From: Felis catus
Taxonomy: Eukaryota
DNA length: 64,000 nt
NCBI RefSeq assembly: GCF_018350175.1
Contig: NC_058368.1
Span: 139,316,001 to 139,380,000, forward strand
Direction: 5' to 3'
This document shows positions 12,580-25,631 of this stretch, in pieces. Within the stretch, counting starts at the first letter, position 1, and the number at the start of each line of letters is the position of its first letter. A program made the translations under genes and the position numbers. The notes under the pieces are model-generated. The model searched no databases, was not told the DNA's origin, and saw only the letters and a program-made list of their open reading frames with translations.

Positions 12580-13560
12580 TTCCAGGCATCTGTACCTGCA
12601 TGACAAACCACCCCATACCTAGTGGCACAGAAGACTCTTTTGTGCTCAAAAATAGGTTAGGATTTCAAACAGGGCATGGTGGTAACAGCTTATTTCTGCT
12701 CGACTTGTAGGGTCTTAACTGGGAAAATGGGAATGCCTGGGAGCAATTCCAATAGCCAGGGACTAGCATCATCTCTGGGCTGCCTCACGCACATGGCTGG
12801 TGCCGCATTGGGCTGGATGGTGGTTCCAAAGACATAGATGCCCAAGTTCTAGTGTCACTACCTGTGAATAGGACCTGATTTGGAAAATGGATCTTTGTAG
12901 GTGTGATCAAGTCGGGGATCTCAAGATGAGATCCCTCTGGCTTTAGGGTGGGCCCTAAAGCCCATAACCAGGGTCCTCCTAAGAGACAACAGAGAGAGAG
13001 TGGAGAATAGCAGGGGCACAGGGGAGAAGGGAAAATGAAGGAGGAGGCAGAGACTACAGGGATGCATGTACAAGCCCATGAGTGGCAAGGATGGCTGGCT
13101 ACCACCAGAAACTTGGAGAGAGGAGCGGGTCAGATCCTCCCTCAGAGACCCCAGAATGGGGGGGGGGGGGCAACACCAGCTGACCCCTTGCTTTCAGACT
13201 TGTGGCAGATTTCAGAATTGCCAGACAATGACGTTCTGTTGCTTCAAACCACCAAGTCTGTGGTCATGTTATTACGACGGCCACAGGAAACTAGGACAGG
13301 GGCCTAGGCTGGGATGACTCAAGGATGCAGCAGCCACAGGTGGCCGGCCTCTTTATGTGGCCTTGGCTCCTCACAGTGTGGCAGCAAGGTTCTGAGACAG
13401 AGCTTCCTGAAAGCAAGGGACCCAAGAACACAACCTTCAAAAGACCAGGGCAGAGGCTTTCCTTGCCTGGCCTGGGAAGTCACACTGCAATCACCCAGAT
13501 CAGAGGAGAGGAGACACAGGCTCCACGTCTCAATTGTAGAATTTGTGAGCATCCCCTAAA
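12580..13560. mobile_element. Nested MaLR (MLT1-type) LTRs
   Basis: acctgtgaataggacctgatttggaaaatggatctttgtaggtgtgatcaag, gatgagatcc, gggccctaaa and gcttcaaaccaccaagtctgtggtc form an inner copy at ~12840-13295, within an older MLT1. Confidence 0.7.
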
Positions 13561-13651
13561 ATCGCCTCGAGGACTCAGCCGTTTCTAGTAGGGAGCAGAG
13601 TGAACAAGATCCGTACTGTCCATGCCGGCAGCTGCAGGCCCCCACACGGCT

Positions 13652-13876
13652 ATTTTTAAAAAATTTTTTTTTTCAACGTTTATTTATTTTTGGGACAGAG
13701 AGAGACAGAGCATGAACGGGGGAGGGGCAGAGAGAGAGGGAGACACGGAATCGGAAGCAGGCTCCAGGCTCTGAGCCATCAGCCCAGAGCCCGACGCGGG
13801 GCTCGAACTCACGGACCGCGAGATCGTGACCTGGCTGAAGTCGGACGCTTAACCGACTGCGCCACCCAGGCGCCCC
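13652..13876 (-). mobile_element. Can-SINE (young SINEC_Fc)
   Basis: Near-consensus; TSD ccac(a/g)cggctattt. Confidence 0.95.
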
Positions 13877-13899
13877 TCCACGCGGCTATTTACACGTGA

Positions 13900-14015
13900 A
13901 CTAACCGCCTCTGAAGTACTCCTTTGCCACACGTGGCTAGAGATGACCAAGTTTGACAGTGCAGACAGAGAACATTCCCATCACCGGACAAAGGTCTAGT
14001 GGACAGTACTGCCCC
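13900..14015. mobile_element. MER3-like hAT DNA transposon fragment
   Basis: gccacacgtggctag...gacagtgcagacagagaacattcccatcacc...aggtctagtggacagtactg. Confidence 0.6.
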
Positions 14016-14399
14016 AGACTGAGGTAACACTATGGGTCAAGTCTAGGAGCTAGAAAATAAATGGCCTGGAAAGTGGAATGGAGAAACCTGGCTTTAAGGA
14101 CAGGTGTTTGGGCTGGTTTTTGTTGCTGTATGCCCAGCATCTGGGGCAATTTTGTTTTGTGGAATGAAAGGATGCATACATAAGGCTTAAAAGTATGCCA
14201 TGTGTCACGCTAGAGAAAAATGCCTCAGAGTAGATTGGAGAAGTAGACAGGGGTCAAATCACACAGGGCCTTTCTGAACACTTTATGGAGTATGTATTTT
14301 AAGTAAAATAGAACTTGCAAAATATGTTGTTTCTTATTTTGAATATTTATGACAGGCCTAAAAAAGAAATACATTTATTGTGGCTAGTTGGTTTATTTG

Positions 14400-14900
14400 T
14401 TAGTGAAAAAGGCAAGAGACAGAAATCCAGAAATAACAAAGGTTTAACCAAATTAGAAATCTATTTATCTCCGTTTATAGAAATGTAGGCTGCTATGGCA
14501 ACTCCAGAATCATCAGGAACCCAGGCTCGTGGTGGAAATTTCCCCCTTATGCTCTAGGATGTCTACTTTGGTCCAGACAGGAGATGAGAAAAGGGGAGAG
14601 GGAGAGCTTCTGGCCTTCATATCCCGGATCATCTCACCTCCAGATCCTTAACTTCATTATGTCTGCAAAAACCCTCCCTCCAAATAAGATCATATATACA
14701 GTTATGGGGTAGAGGTCTTGGACATCTGCTCAATTCAAGGACACTTGTCAGGAAGTTGCTTGTAAAACTTTCACTATATCCCTTCGACCAGTACTTTATT
14801 GTATGACCACACATACCTTGCAAGGGAGGCCAGAAAGCATAATATTTATCCTGGGAAACATGTACTGAGCTAGCAAGGAGAGTTCTATTACTACAGAAGA
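14400..14900. mobile_element. MaLR (MLT1) fragments
   Basis: cttaacttcattatgtctgcaaaaaccctccctccaaataagatcatatatacag and atgaccacacataccttgcaagggaggccagaaa. Confidence 0.55.
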
Positions 14901-15844
14901 AGCAGAGATAAGACATGAGAGGCACCAACTATCAATCTCTGGCATAAATGTATGCACATGTGCATTTCCACTAGACCATGAACTCCTGGAGAATGAGTCG
15001 GTCTAATTCAACCCCGATCCCTAGCACAAAGCACTGTGCTCACCATGCAGTAACTCATCACTGATGGTGTGCTGAACTGTATGCTTTTCAATTTCAAGGG
15101 TCTTAAATTCCAACATCTTTTTCAGAAAGATTTATTTCCTAGAAGCCACGTTCCCCACCCCCCCACCCTTACTTGCTGAAGCATGAGGGGACTTTTCTCC
15201 GGGCTTCACCCTGAGAATCTGATAAGGCTCCCGGACATTAACAGAAGTGTAGGGTTCCCCTAAAATTCCTTCCCACCCCTATCTCAGGACTTTGAACTCT
15301 CACCCCTAGCAATGGGCCACTTACAGTTGAAGTAATCCCTCTGGTGCTGGCTCCAGCTGTGAGCTTGTGCTCCTGGTAAGGACGTTGCCTGTCTCTCCAA
15401 GTCTCAGGGTGATGGTGGGCCCTGGGAAATCCGTTCTCTGAGGGATCCAAAAATAGTTGTTGATTTTCAGTTTGTTCATCTTTTTTTTTTTTTTTTTTTT
15501 TTAACTGCAATGGTTCGGAAGAGGAGAGATTGGTAGGGGGACAACACGAGAGAAGGAAAAGGTGAGGGTCAGTGAGGAGAGGCAGGAAGCACAGGAAATG
15601 AAGACGCTCACGAGCCAGGAGCTCCACCTTCCCGTAGCCCCCGCCCCCTTCTTCCATCCGGCCAGGTGTGCCCCCCACTGGCCACCCAATTCCTGCTGCC
15701 ACTTCAGCCTCCGAACACTTTTCAACTCTGATTGGTCATTAGAATCCCCTGGAGGGCTTTGATAGTACCCTGCACCTCGGTCTCCCCTAATTAGAAACAC
15801 TTCCGGGGCTTCTAATGTGTAACTGGTGTTGAGAACTAGCGGTC

Positions 15845-16012
15845 TAGATTCTTGCTCCTCGGAGGAAGGCCCACGGACAAGCACCATCGGCATCAATTGG
15901 GAGCTTGTCAGAAAGGCAGCGTTTCAGGCCCTACTCCAGACCTACCGAGTCAGAGTCTGCCTTTTAACAAGATCCACAGGTGATTTCTATGCACATTCAA
16001 GTCCGAGGAGCT
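15845..16012. mobile_element. MER5A-type hAT MITE (other MER5 copies near 2355-2730, 17555-17930, 21870-22030, 49170-49310, 59280-59435)
   Basis: catcaattgggagcttgtcagaaaggcag...aggccctactccagacctaccgagtcagagtctgccttttaacaagatcc. Confidence 0.7.
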
Positions 16013-17114
16013 TTGAGGAGGTGACCCTCCTATAACCCCAATTATGGCCGTCTTTGTGAAGAGGACAGCTCTCTGAGAAGTGCTGTGTGAGCCGGGCGTC
16101 CTACGGAACACACGGTCTGTGGAAAAGTCTGACGCAGCCGGTGTAGACGGCATGTCTGCTGTCATTCCCCAAGCATAATATATTTGAAATAAAGAGAATT
16201 ACATCCTCCAAAGGGAAAGGGGCTTGGGCCCTTTAGTCTGAAACGCCAATACGGGGTTCAGCAACTTCAGGGTCCACCAGAGGAAACACCGCTCTGATTC
16301 AATTAATTGAATAGGTTATAATTGAAGAACTGGGGTTAACTTGGAGCCTGGGGTTGGAAGCAGGCATAAGAGACTTTGGCGTGAAAACAGGGTCAGGCAT
16401 GAGGCCAAGAGAATGACATTGAGATTAAGGAAGTAAGAGCAGGAAGATCACAGGTCAAGTCAGCTCGGGGGTGAGGGGAGCACCACAGAGAGGGCTGGTG
16501 GCCTCCAGCAGAGTGACGAGGCACAAGAAAGGCAACGATGACCCTCAGGACCCAGGGTCTCCAAGCCCCACGGATGTGTCCCTCAACCCTGGCTTCCTGT
16601 TTACATCCATAAGCTCTGGTTGCCTCCTTCCCTACAAGATCTCAGCACCGTGTGGAGTAAAATAACCACAGGCATGTGTCTGGTACTTTCCTGCTCACCG
16701 GGACTGGTGCATAAAGCACAGGTGTTATCAAGTGGCTAAGAGCGTGGCCTCGGCAGCCACAAAGCCTCAATCCCAACCTCAGCTCTACCGTTTACCACCT
16801 GGTGACCTTGGACAAGTCAGCTGACCTCCTCGGGGTACTTCGTCGTCTACAAAATAAAGATGATATAGGCAACCACTCATAATGGTAAAAGCAGAAGGAT
16901 TGGAAGCAAAGAGTATCATGCTTGGCACAGTGATATACACACACATATGATATATTATTTACACTGAGACCTGATTCTTTTGGCTTTTTTTGTCTGAAGA
17001 TTGTAAACCATTCCATGTTACCTGTTAGGTTCCTTTGAGAGTACTAAATGAGAATTACAACACTTAAAAAGTTCTTTGCTTTCTTTCTCTCTTTATTTTC
17101 TTCCTTCCTTCCTT

Positions 17115-17290
17115 CCTTATTTTAGACAGAGAGAGAACTCTAGCAGGGGAGAGGGGCAGAGGGAGAGAGAGAATCCTAAGCAGGCTCCACACTCAGTGCT
17201 GAGTCCAAAGCAGGGCTCGATCCTACGACCGTGAGATCATGACCTGAGCTGAAATCAAGAGTTCGATGACTGAGCCACCCGGGTGGCTCA
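17115..17290 (-). mobile_element. Can-SINE (older)
   Basis: SINEC body with a CCTT/CTTT-derived tail. Confidence 0.8.
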
Positions 17291-17659
17291 AAAAGTTATT
17301 TTATTTATTTATTTTTTTTCCGTGAAAAAAATTTGGTGTTTCGCAGTCCTCCCTCACCCAAGAATCCCTATTAAATTCTAACTGTAACTCCATTACATTT
17401 ATAAGTTGATTTTGTATCCTCATTTTAAGGGTGGGAAACTGAAGTTCAGTGGGGTAAGTTCTTCCCCCAACAAAATTCACTTGGTCCAAAGAGGCAGTTC
17501 TGGGACTAGAACACAGATTTTCTGGTGCTTAAATCAGTGTCCTCTCCACCAAAACAGCTTCTCAAATTTTAATATGCATAAAATCACCTGGGACTCTCAT
17601 TAAATGCAGATTCTGATTCAGTAAGTCTGGGGTAAGGCCCAAATTCAGCATTTCTTCTT

Positions 17660-17857
17660 TTTTAAAAAAAAAATATTTATTTATTTATTTTTGGGAGAGC
17701 GCAAGCCAGGGAGGCGCAGAGAGAGGGGGACAGAGGCTCTGAACTGGGCTCTGAGCTGTCAGCACAGAGCCCAACGTGGTGTTGGAACTCATGAGCTGTG
17801 AGATCATGACCTGAGCAGAAGTCGGATGCTCAACCAAGTGAGCCACCCAGGCACCCC
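17660..17857 (-). mobile_element. Can-SINE in a MER5 element
   Basis: TSD ccaaattcagcatttct. Confidence 0.9.
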
Positions 17858-18439
17858 CAAATTCAGCATTTCTAATAAGCACCCAAGGGATGCTAATGCT
17901 TCCATCTAAAGATGAGATTGAGTAGCAAGGGCATTGTATCTTTCAATCCATATAGTTCTGACGTGGCTGCTACGTATTAGTTGTTAGGTCTTGGGTGCCC
18001 CTGCTTAGAAGAAACGGTCACTGAAAAGAAAACTTCTTTCTTAGCTTGGGCTGCCTTGCACCCACCAAGCCTAGCTTCTGTTCTTTCCTAAGGATATCAG
18101 AGCAACTGCCTTGTTCCTGAAGTCCCCAACTGTGTCATTTGTCACAAGAGGATTCACAAAGCTGATCTTGTGGTGCCGGCCCATTCTTCGCTCTTGGGAA
18201 GAAACCTTGGTGGTGGTGATGTCTAGGCCTTCGTAAACCTGCACGGAATCGGCACTGACGATTTCGCCACCGAGGGGTCGGCCTAGCTACAACATTAGGG
18301 GGTTTCCCGGTACCCGTGGCCCCAAGAATCACTACAAGATGCAGTGTCCTTGGCAGGCCTCCTAAGCCCAGAGCCCACGGAAATAGCCGCCACCGCCCCC
18401 ATCTTGAAGATCTCTCCGAAGAATTATTTTTAACAAATT

Positions 18440-18975
18440 AATGCGCAGACCTTGTCTGGATCCTGATTGCAACATGGTGGCTACAAAGACATAGCTGGTA
18501 AATTTTGAAAATGGACTCAGTGTTACATATTAAAGAATTGTTAATTTTGTTAGGTGGGGTAATGACCTGGTAGTTATGTTAAAAAAAAAAAAAAAAAGAG
18601 TCCTTAACACTTAGATTCATATGGAAGTATCAGGTAAGACCATCAAACGTTGCCAACATTTGCCTGCCTTTGACCTATAAAAGCAGCAATTGCAAATACC
18701 TCAAACATGGACAGAACAGGAGTGTGTCCGGCACTTTCCTGCTCACGAGGACCAGAGCATAAAGCACAGGCAGGCTGCATATCGCTAAGGGAAGTGTTAC
18801 GATGTCTGGGATTTTCTTTTAAAAATGTTTCTGGGGAAAACAGGGTGGAGGGATAGGCAGATGGAACAAGATGGTCACAATGTTAGTAAACGTGAGGCTG
18901 GGTAATGAGCATTTATCATGCCATTCTCTCTACTTTTGTGTTTGTTCGAAATTTCCCATAGTAAAATTATTTTAC
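18440..18975 (+). mobile_element. Old L1MC-type 3' end fragment, interrupted by an insert at ~18631-18785
   Basis: ggatcctgatt, attaaagaattgttaattttgttagg, gatgtctgggattt and ctctacttttgtgtttgttcgaaatttcccatagtaaaa are typical L1MC 3' end motifs. Confidence 0.6.
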
Positions 18976-19297
18976 AGTCTTGTTTGGTGGCATTCAAGTG
19001 TATATTCTTATTCTTTACGCCTACAGCTGAAAGAAACTCAAACCGGTCTTGTTTAAACAAACAAAAGGAAGGCTTTAATTGGGCTAACTGACCAGAGGGC
19101 AGGCTGGAGCTGGTCTCAAGAAAGATGGGATTTAGCACCTTTGAGGATCCTTTCTCTCCTTCTCTACTTCTTCTCTGTTCCTTGTGGCACATTGACTTCA
19201 TTGGTTGATACAAACTTGTCCGGGTGGGGTTCGGAGCTGCCCATGGCTCATGTGCCTGTATCCTTGGGTTTTTACGATTAGAGACAAACAAGAGGTC

Positions 19298-19328
19298 TAT
19301 CATCCATCTATCTATCTATCTATCTATC

Positions 19329-19363
<35 letters not shown>
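19298..19363. repeat. (TCTA)n tetranucleotide microsatellite
   Basis: Interrupted tatc repeat. Confidence 0.95.
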
Positions 19364-19364
<1 letters not shown>

Positions 19365-20937
19365 CTTTTTCTTTTGGAAATATGGGTCAGCCTCTCTGCT
19401 TTCTTTTCAGGTACAAGAGGTTCTAATCCCCTGACAGGAATTTGGAAAGTCCCAGGAACCCCAATTAGCCTAATTGGTCCACGCAGTAGACAATCACTGT
19501 GGCTATGGTGGGGGGCGGGGGGAGCTGTGCTTGCTCGTTCAGTAGTCAGGAGGACTGTTTTCTGAAGATTCGGGGAGGGAGGAGGGCTGCGCAGACAGAA
19601 GTGAGAGCCACTCTTATGAGGTCTCTGGTTATTTGCACTAGCTATTAGATTATAAGAAAAGTTGCTTACAGATCATGTCTTTTTCCTTCCTGGTTGCTTA
19701 ATTGGCTTTTTTCCAGTTTTTATTTTAAAGTTTATACAGGTGGTTGCAAACTTTGTTGCAAAAAAGCGTAGCAGCTTCCATTTCTTCCCCCATTTCCCTT
19801 CCCCAGTGGCAACTAGTTTCACCTCTCTGCATTGGTTCTTTCGGTTTTATTTCGACCTATCTCAATGACATTTTTGTATTGCTAGGCTTGATTTTTCAGT
19901 TTTAGGCATTATCTATTGATTCCTAGCATGGGAGATAAAATCTTTCACACACACACCCACACTTCCCACCCCACATATTCATCCTTTCTATCCCCCCAAA
20001 TTCATAATAAATTCTCTCAGACCCTATTGATGAGATCAATATTTAAAATTCACATGTTAAATATTACATGATTAACATTATCTGATCATGACTGTGTGAA
20101 CAGTATGTCCAACTGAGTCACAGGCACAGCTACTCAACTTTCTGTTCTTCTTCTTTCTTCTTATAAATGTTTCCCATAGACATTCAGTCCCTCATTCTCC
20201 ACTTGGTCTAATTTGCCTCTAAACAAATACATTCAGACTTATGAGGTCTCTATATCTTCATCTTCCTGAAGAAATATCTGAAGCTTTCTGGCCTACTCCA
20301 GCGGGAACGGGATGCCACCCTTCCTGGCACCTAGCTCCCATCCTGGGATACCCCTTCATCATCGCTCCAAGGATCCACTTCCCTTCTTTCCACGTGGGAT
20401 CCCCGGTTTCCTGTGGAGGTGGCCTTCCCAACGACAATTGGGGAAACTACCTGTAAAGCTGGATCGATGATTACCCTGAATAAAAAAGAATTAACAGCCA
20501 GGAAGAGTAAATGAAATCATGGGCCATACTTACCGCCATGAAAATCACCTGTTCCCCGTTGCTGTTTAAAACAGTGGGAAATACTCTTAAATAAAAGTAG
20601 GAGCTACTTTCCCTTAGACAGATACATTTTTCTGAGTTTTCTCTGGCCGATTTTTTTTTTTTTTGAGTTTCCACCCATGGCTAAAGTAAAAACTTAGAAA
20701 CATTTAGAGGATGACATATAACTCGGTATCTATTTTGCTTTGACATTCCTATAGTAGCTTGAAACAGTGAAGAGTTAGAATGATATGGCTGTTTCAATAT
20801 TTTTAAATTTTTTAAGACGGTTACATTGAAATGCTCATGAAATATTCCATCTGGGTAGTCTGTCTCAGCAGCACACATCGTTAAGGGAGTTAACACACAA
20901 CTCTGAATTTGAGACTTCACCACAATAATTTCAGGTT

Positions 20938-21144
20938 GGGGTTCCCGGGTGGCTCGGCTGGTTAAGTGTCTGTCCGACTCTTGATTTCAGCTCAGGTCAT
21001 GATCTTGCAGCTCATGGGTTTGAGCCCCACAACAGGCTCTGTGCTGACAGCACGTAGCCTGGTTGGGATTCTCTGTATCTCCCTCTATTTCTGCCTCTAC
21101 CCTCCTGACTTGTTCTCTCTCAAAAATAAATAAACATTAAAAAA
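20938..21144 (+). mobile_element. Can-SINE (older)
   Basis: SINEC body; flanking tttcaggtt repeat. Confidence 0.88.
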
Positions 21145-21206
21145 CTTTTCAGGTTACCTATACCCCCAAAGTTCATTTGTTTTTTTGTTACATTTTATAA
21201 AATAGT

Positions 21207-21436
21207 GGGGCGCCTGGGTGACTCAGTCGGTTAAGCGTCCGACTTCGGCTCAGGTCACGATCTCGCGATCCCTGAGTTCGAGCCCCGCGTCGGGCTCTGG
21301 GCTGATGGCTCAGAGCCTGGAGCCTGCTTCCGATTCCGTGTCTCCCTCTCTCTCTGTTCCTCCCCCGTTCATGCTCTGTCTCTCTCTGTCCCAAAAATAA
21401 ATAAAAATGTTGAAAAAAAATTAAAAAAAATTTTTT
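21207..21436 (+). mobile_element. Can-SINE (young SINEC_Fc)
   Basis: Near-consensus; TSD aaatagt. Confidence 0.95.
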
Positions 21437-22674
21437 TAAATAGTTACAAATAAGGCAGTAATGTGGTTGACGATAATTTTAGGAGGACCTGCAGTTATGG
21501 AAATATATCAACTTTGGTCATAATTAAAAACAGGTAGAGTGGGTTTCTGCACGGATCCTACTTAGGATTCTCTTTCTCTCTCTCTCTACCCCTCCCCACT
21601 CATACACTCCCCCCCACCTCTAACAATAGATAGATATAGATGTAGATAGATATAGATGATATAGGTATAGAATATAAATAGATAACCACCTCTTCAACAA
21701 CGTAGAGACAGCATATAGGGCAGAGCATATAATCTATTTCTGAACTTCTGATCACAGCTTTTTAGGATCTTGAGGTATGTGTGCTTATTGTAATATTTGG
21801 TGCTTTCTATATGCTAACTTGGCCAAATGTTTCTCATGTAAAGAAATAATTTCAGGAAAGATATCCTACAAGTGGTTCTCAAAGTGGGGTTTAGAACAGC
21901 ATCAGCAAATTCTCCTCTCCATCCACCACTCCACTTCAAGACAGAGTGAAGAGGGCAGAGGGGGAGCAATTTGTATTTTAACAAGCCTCTAAATGATTCT
22001 GCTACAGACTAAAGTTTGAAAACCATTGTCCTCAGAAACACTGTAAGTTAGGGATTATGCTCCACTGTTAGGAATGGAGAGCTGAGGTCACAGTAGCTCA
22101 GAGTATGTATCACCCATAAAAGAAGACGAGATAGGTGGTCTTGGATGGTTCAAATGTTGTATTATTTTTCTCTCCTTGCTATAGAACTTGCATCCGCATG
22201 GTTTTAAAATGGCTGCTGAGATTCCAGCTATTACAAACACATTCTAGACAGTAGGAAAAGCAAGGAAGGTGGAGGGAAGGCAAACTAAGTAAGCCATCTT
22301 TAAAGTGTATTCTCGGATGCCCCACCAATGACTTTTGCTTTTTCTTATCTGCCATCCCTAGTTGAAAGGGATGGGAAATAATGGTTATGTTGTTGCTCAG
22401 AATAAAAAAAATAAAACACAAAAAACACAGGAGCCAAGGAGAACGAGTACTAGAAGGAACTGGCACCCTTGAGAGCTGTCCTGGAACAGAGTTCATCATC
22501 AAAGGCAAAGTTTTGAGAATATTATTCTGAACGAGCACTTCACTAACCATACATTAAAACACCTTCTTTGATCTGTTAGAGGAACGGCTGCCTCCTTGCT
22601 TTAGATAAAGGTCTTTGCTACTTTGAAAATCACAATAGTCATTTATCAGAATAAATAAATACAGTTGATTTCTT

Positions 22675-22893
22675 TAAAAAAATTTTTTTTAATGTTTATT
22701 TATTCTTGAGAGAGAAAGAGAGAGGGTGTGAGCAGGGGTGGGACAGAGAGAGAGGGAGACACAGACTCCGAAGCAAGCTCCAGGCTCTGAGCTGTCAGCA
22801 CAGAGCCCAACACAGGGCTCAAACTCCTGAACCATGAGATCATGACCTGAGCCGAAGTTGAATGCTCAACCAACTGAGCCACCCAGGCACCCC
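22675..22893 (-). mobile_element. Can-SINE
   Basis: SINEC consensus; TSD aaatacagtt(g/t)atttc. Confidence 0.92.
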
Positions 22894-23367
22894 AAATACA
22901 GTTTATTTCACATAGGTTGAGGCTATGTTTGATATATACCAACCAAATGTCCTATGCAATTCTTTGACAGGGTGATTTATAACATATGAAAAGCAATCAG
23001 AAAAAAAATATCCATTCTCTTCAGAACTGTAATTCTTTTTCAGAAAGTAATTCAAGGAAAGGAGAAGCTATATGTATAAAGCACAGCACTATTATCTATG
23101 ACAGCAAAGGGAAAAAAAAAGTAATTTACAATCCAAATGTCCTGTAACAAAGGAAGGGCTGAGTGAATTATGGTAGGACCATTAGACAGCCATAAAGATC
23201 ATGCAGCAGCATGGGAAAGTGGTTGCAAATACATTGGTGGGAAGAGAGACAAAAAGCGTATATGTATATGGATAAGGTAGGAGAGGTATTCTGAGAACTA
23301 TAATGGTTTGGTCAGGATGTGAGAATTATGAATACAAAGGGTTTCTGTTTAAATTTCCTTTATTCTA

Positions 23368-23607
23368 GGGGCGCCTGGGTGGTGCAGTCGGTTAAGCATC
23401 CGACTTCAGCCAGGTCACGATCTCGCGGTCCGTGAGTTCGAGCCCCGCGTCAGGCTCTGGGCTGATGGCTCAGAGCCTGGAGCCTGTTTCCGATTCGGTG
23501 TCTCCCTCTCTCTCTGCCCCTCCCCCGTTCATGCTCTGTCTCTCTCTGTCCCAAAAATAAATAAACGTTGAAAAAAAATTTTTTTAAATAAAAAAAATAA
23601 ATAAATA
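23368..23607 (+). mobile_element. Can-SINE (young SINEC_Fc)
   Basis: Near-consensus; TSD taaatttcctttattcta. Confidence 0.95.
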
Positions 23608-24629
23608 AATTTCCTTTATTCTATAAGGAGCAATGGCAGCAATGACAACAAAAAAAGTAAGATAAATTCACCCAATCACTGACCATAATTTTTCCTCAAA
23701 TTCTCTTCTGTTTGTCTTCTGCATGATTCAGTGCCAGGGGCTCCCAGGAAGGGCTCTGCTGCTCTATCGTGAAGGCTACACCTGAGGCCAGGCGGATAGT
23801 CTTCCTGTGGTTTTTACACACCCATACGATTTGACACACTGATTATCTGTCTCCAAAGCAAAGCTCAAGCTGTTCATTACACATCCTCATAGGAATATTT
23901 TTCCAGTAGTGAGAATAAATTTGCAATCATCTGCTCTCTCTCCTGCCAGGCTGTCCCCATAATCAGTTTCATGAAACGAGAAGCCAGTTGTCCTAGGTTA
24001 TATGTAGATTTGTAGACCCCAAAGGGAACAAAAAAATATGGAACTAATTATCTAGGAATCAAGCCTATGGGTCTTTAATATGATGCCGAGTACCCCCACC
24101 CCCAACCACTACTGAAAGAAGTCCAAATCCTTCCATAACATTGCTGTGGATTTGTATGGTTGTCCAGCTTGGCAAGACAAAGAATTAACCATAGGTTAAG
24201 AGTAGATTTAATTTTTATTATGTAGAAAATTCCCAAAATGGCCTTACTCCTTGAGCTAGATTGTGATTTGTGACAATGACATTTATACTCCTTGCCAGCT
24301 AGGGAGGTTGGTGACGGTTACAGCTTTAGAAAGGGTGACAGAGGAAAACTGGCCACTGGGATTTTCAGAGTGGTTGGAAGGCATAGCAATCAGCAACAAC
24401 AAGTAGTCCTTAGCTTAGTAGGGCTGGGAATGGCATTATCCAGAACAGAGGGGCAGTTCATCAGGAATAAGCAGCCAACCAAGCCTGAGGGCCGGGTGGA
24501 ACCACAGTGAAGGAGACTCACACCAAGGCAGGAGTCCTGGTAGAGAGAGAAAAAGAGTCTTGATTTTCCGGGAACTGAAGAACCTGAGATGAAGAACCTC
24601 AACATACTGTATTAAAAACTGACTTCCAA

Positions 24630-24850
24630 GGGCTCCTGGGTGGCTCAGTTGGTTAACCGTTCAACTTCGGCTCAGGTCATGATCTCACGGTTTGTGGGTT
24701 TGAGCCCCGCGTCGGGCTCTGTGCTCACCGCTCGGAGCCTGGAGCCTGCTTGGGATTCTGTGTCTCCCTCTCTCTCTGCCCCTCCCCCACTCATGCTCTG
24801 TCTCTCTCTCTCTCTCAAAAAGTGAATAAACATTAAAAAAATTTAAAAAA
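24630..24850 (+). mobile_element. Can-SINE
   Basis: SINEC consensus. Confidence 0.9.
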
Positions 24851-25123
24851 TAACTAAAATCCATAAACTCATCAAGCAAACATGAATACTTGTCTAGATA
24901 ATTAATCTTGGAGGAGAAGTCAGTCTGAAGGAGAATGAAGACAGAGATCCTGGAAAACAACTCAAGTTTGTGTGCCCATATTTTGGGTATAATCCACACG
25001 CTGAATTCTTTTACTCTGAGTGAAATTAACTTGCTCTTCAAATACTGGGCAAGTGTCATAAACTGAAAGTCTTTGTGAGGAGCCAGCACAGGCAGAGAAA
25101 GGAAATATAAATTCCAGGGACTT

Positions 25124-25310
25124 GGGGGCACCTGGGTGGCTAGGTGGTTAAGCGTCTGACTTTGGCTCAGGTCACGATCTCGTGGTTTGTGAGTTAGAGT
25201 TCGGCATTGGGCTCTCCGTGGTCGGCACAGATGCTGCTTGAGATCCTCTGTCTCCTCTCTCTGCCCATCTTCCGCTCTCTCTCTCTCCAAAATAAATAAA
25301 CATTAAAAAA
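25124..25310 (+). mobile_element. Can-SINE next to the candidate GCNT4 poly(A) site
   Basis: SINEC consensus; TSD ataaattccaggga at 25107-25120 and 25311-25324. Confidence 0.92.
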
Positions 25311-25344
25311 ATAAATTCCAGGGATTCGGCTTTTGGAGCACATT

Positions 25345-25350
25345 TTTATT
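25345..25350 (-). terminator. GCNT4: Candidate distal polyadenylation signal AATAAA of GCNT4
   Basis: Plus-strand tttatt at 25345-25350, followed on the minus strand by U-rich sequence 35-60 nt downstream. More proximal AATAAA copies lie at 26273-26268 and 27951-27946. Confidence 0.6.
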
Positions 25351-25631
25351 TTATAATACCAGAGAATTAACATCTACCAGCCACACAATACCAAAATGCA
25401 ATACCAATCTATTTAAAACTCACAGAATGGGAAATATGCTTTTCAAAAATGGTAAAAAACAATAACACAAACAGCTGTAACATACACATAGGACATTCAC
25501 TTTACATTCACAAAGAAGACTGTCTTTTTGTTTTCAGGAAATATGTAAAAAATATATATATATGTATGTATAATATTCACATTCTGGAAGGCAAGAGAAA
25601 TCTTCATATTTAACTCTGCAAATTTAAACAT

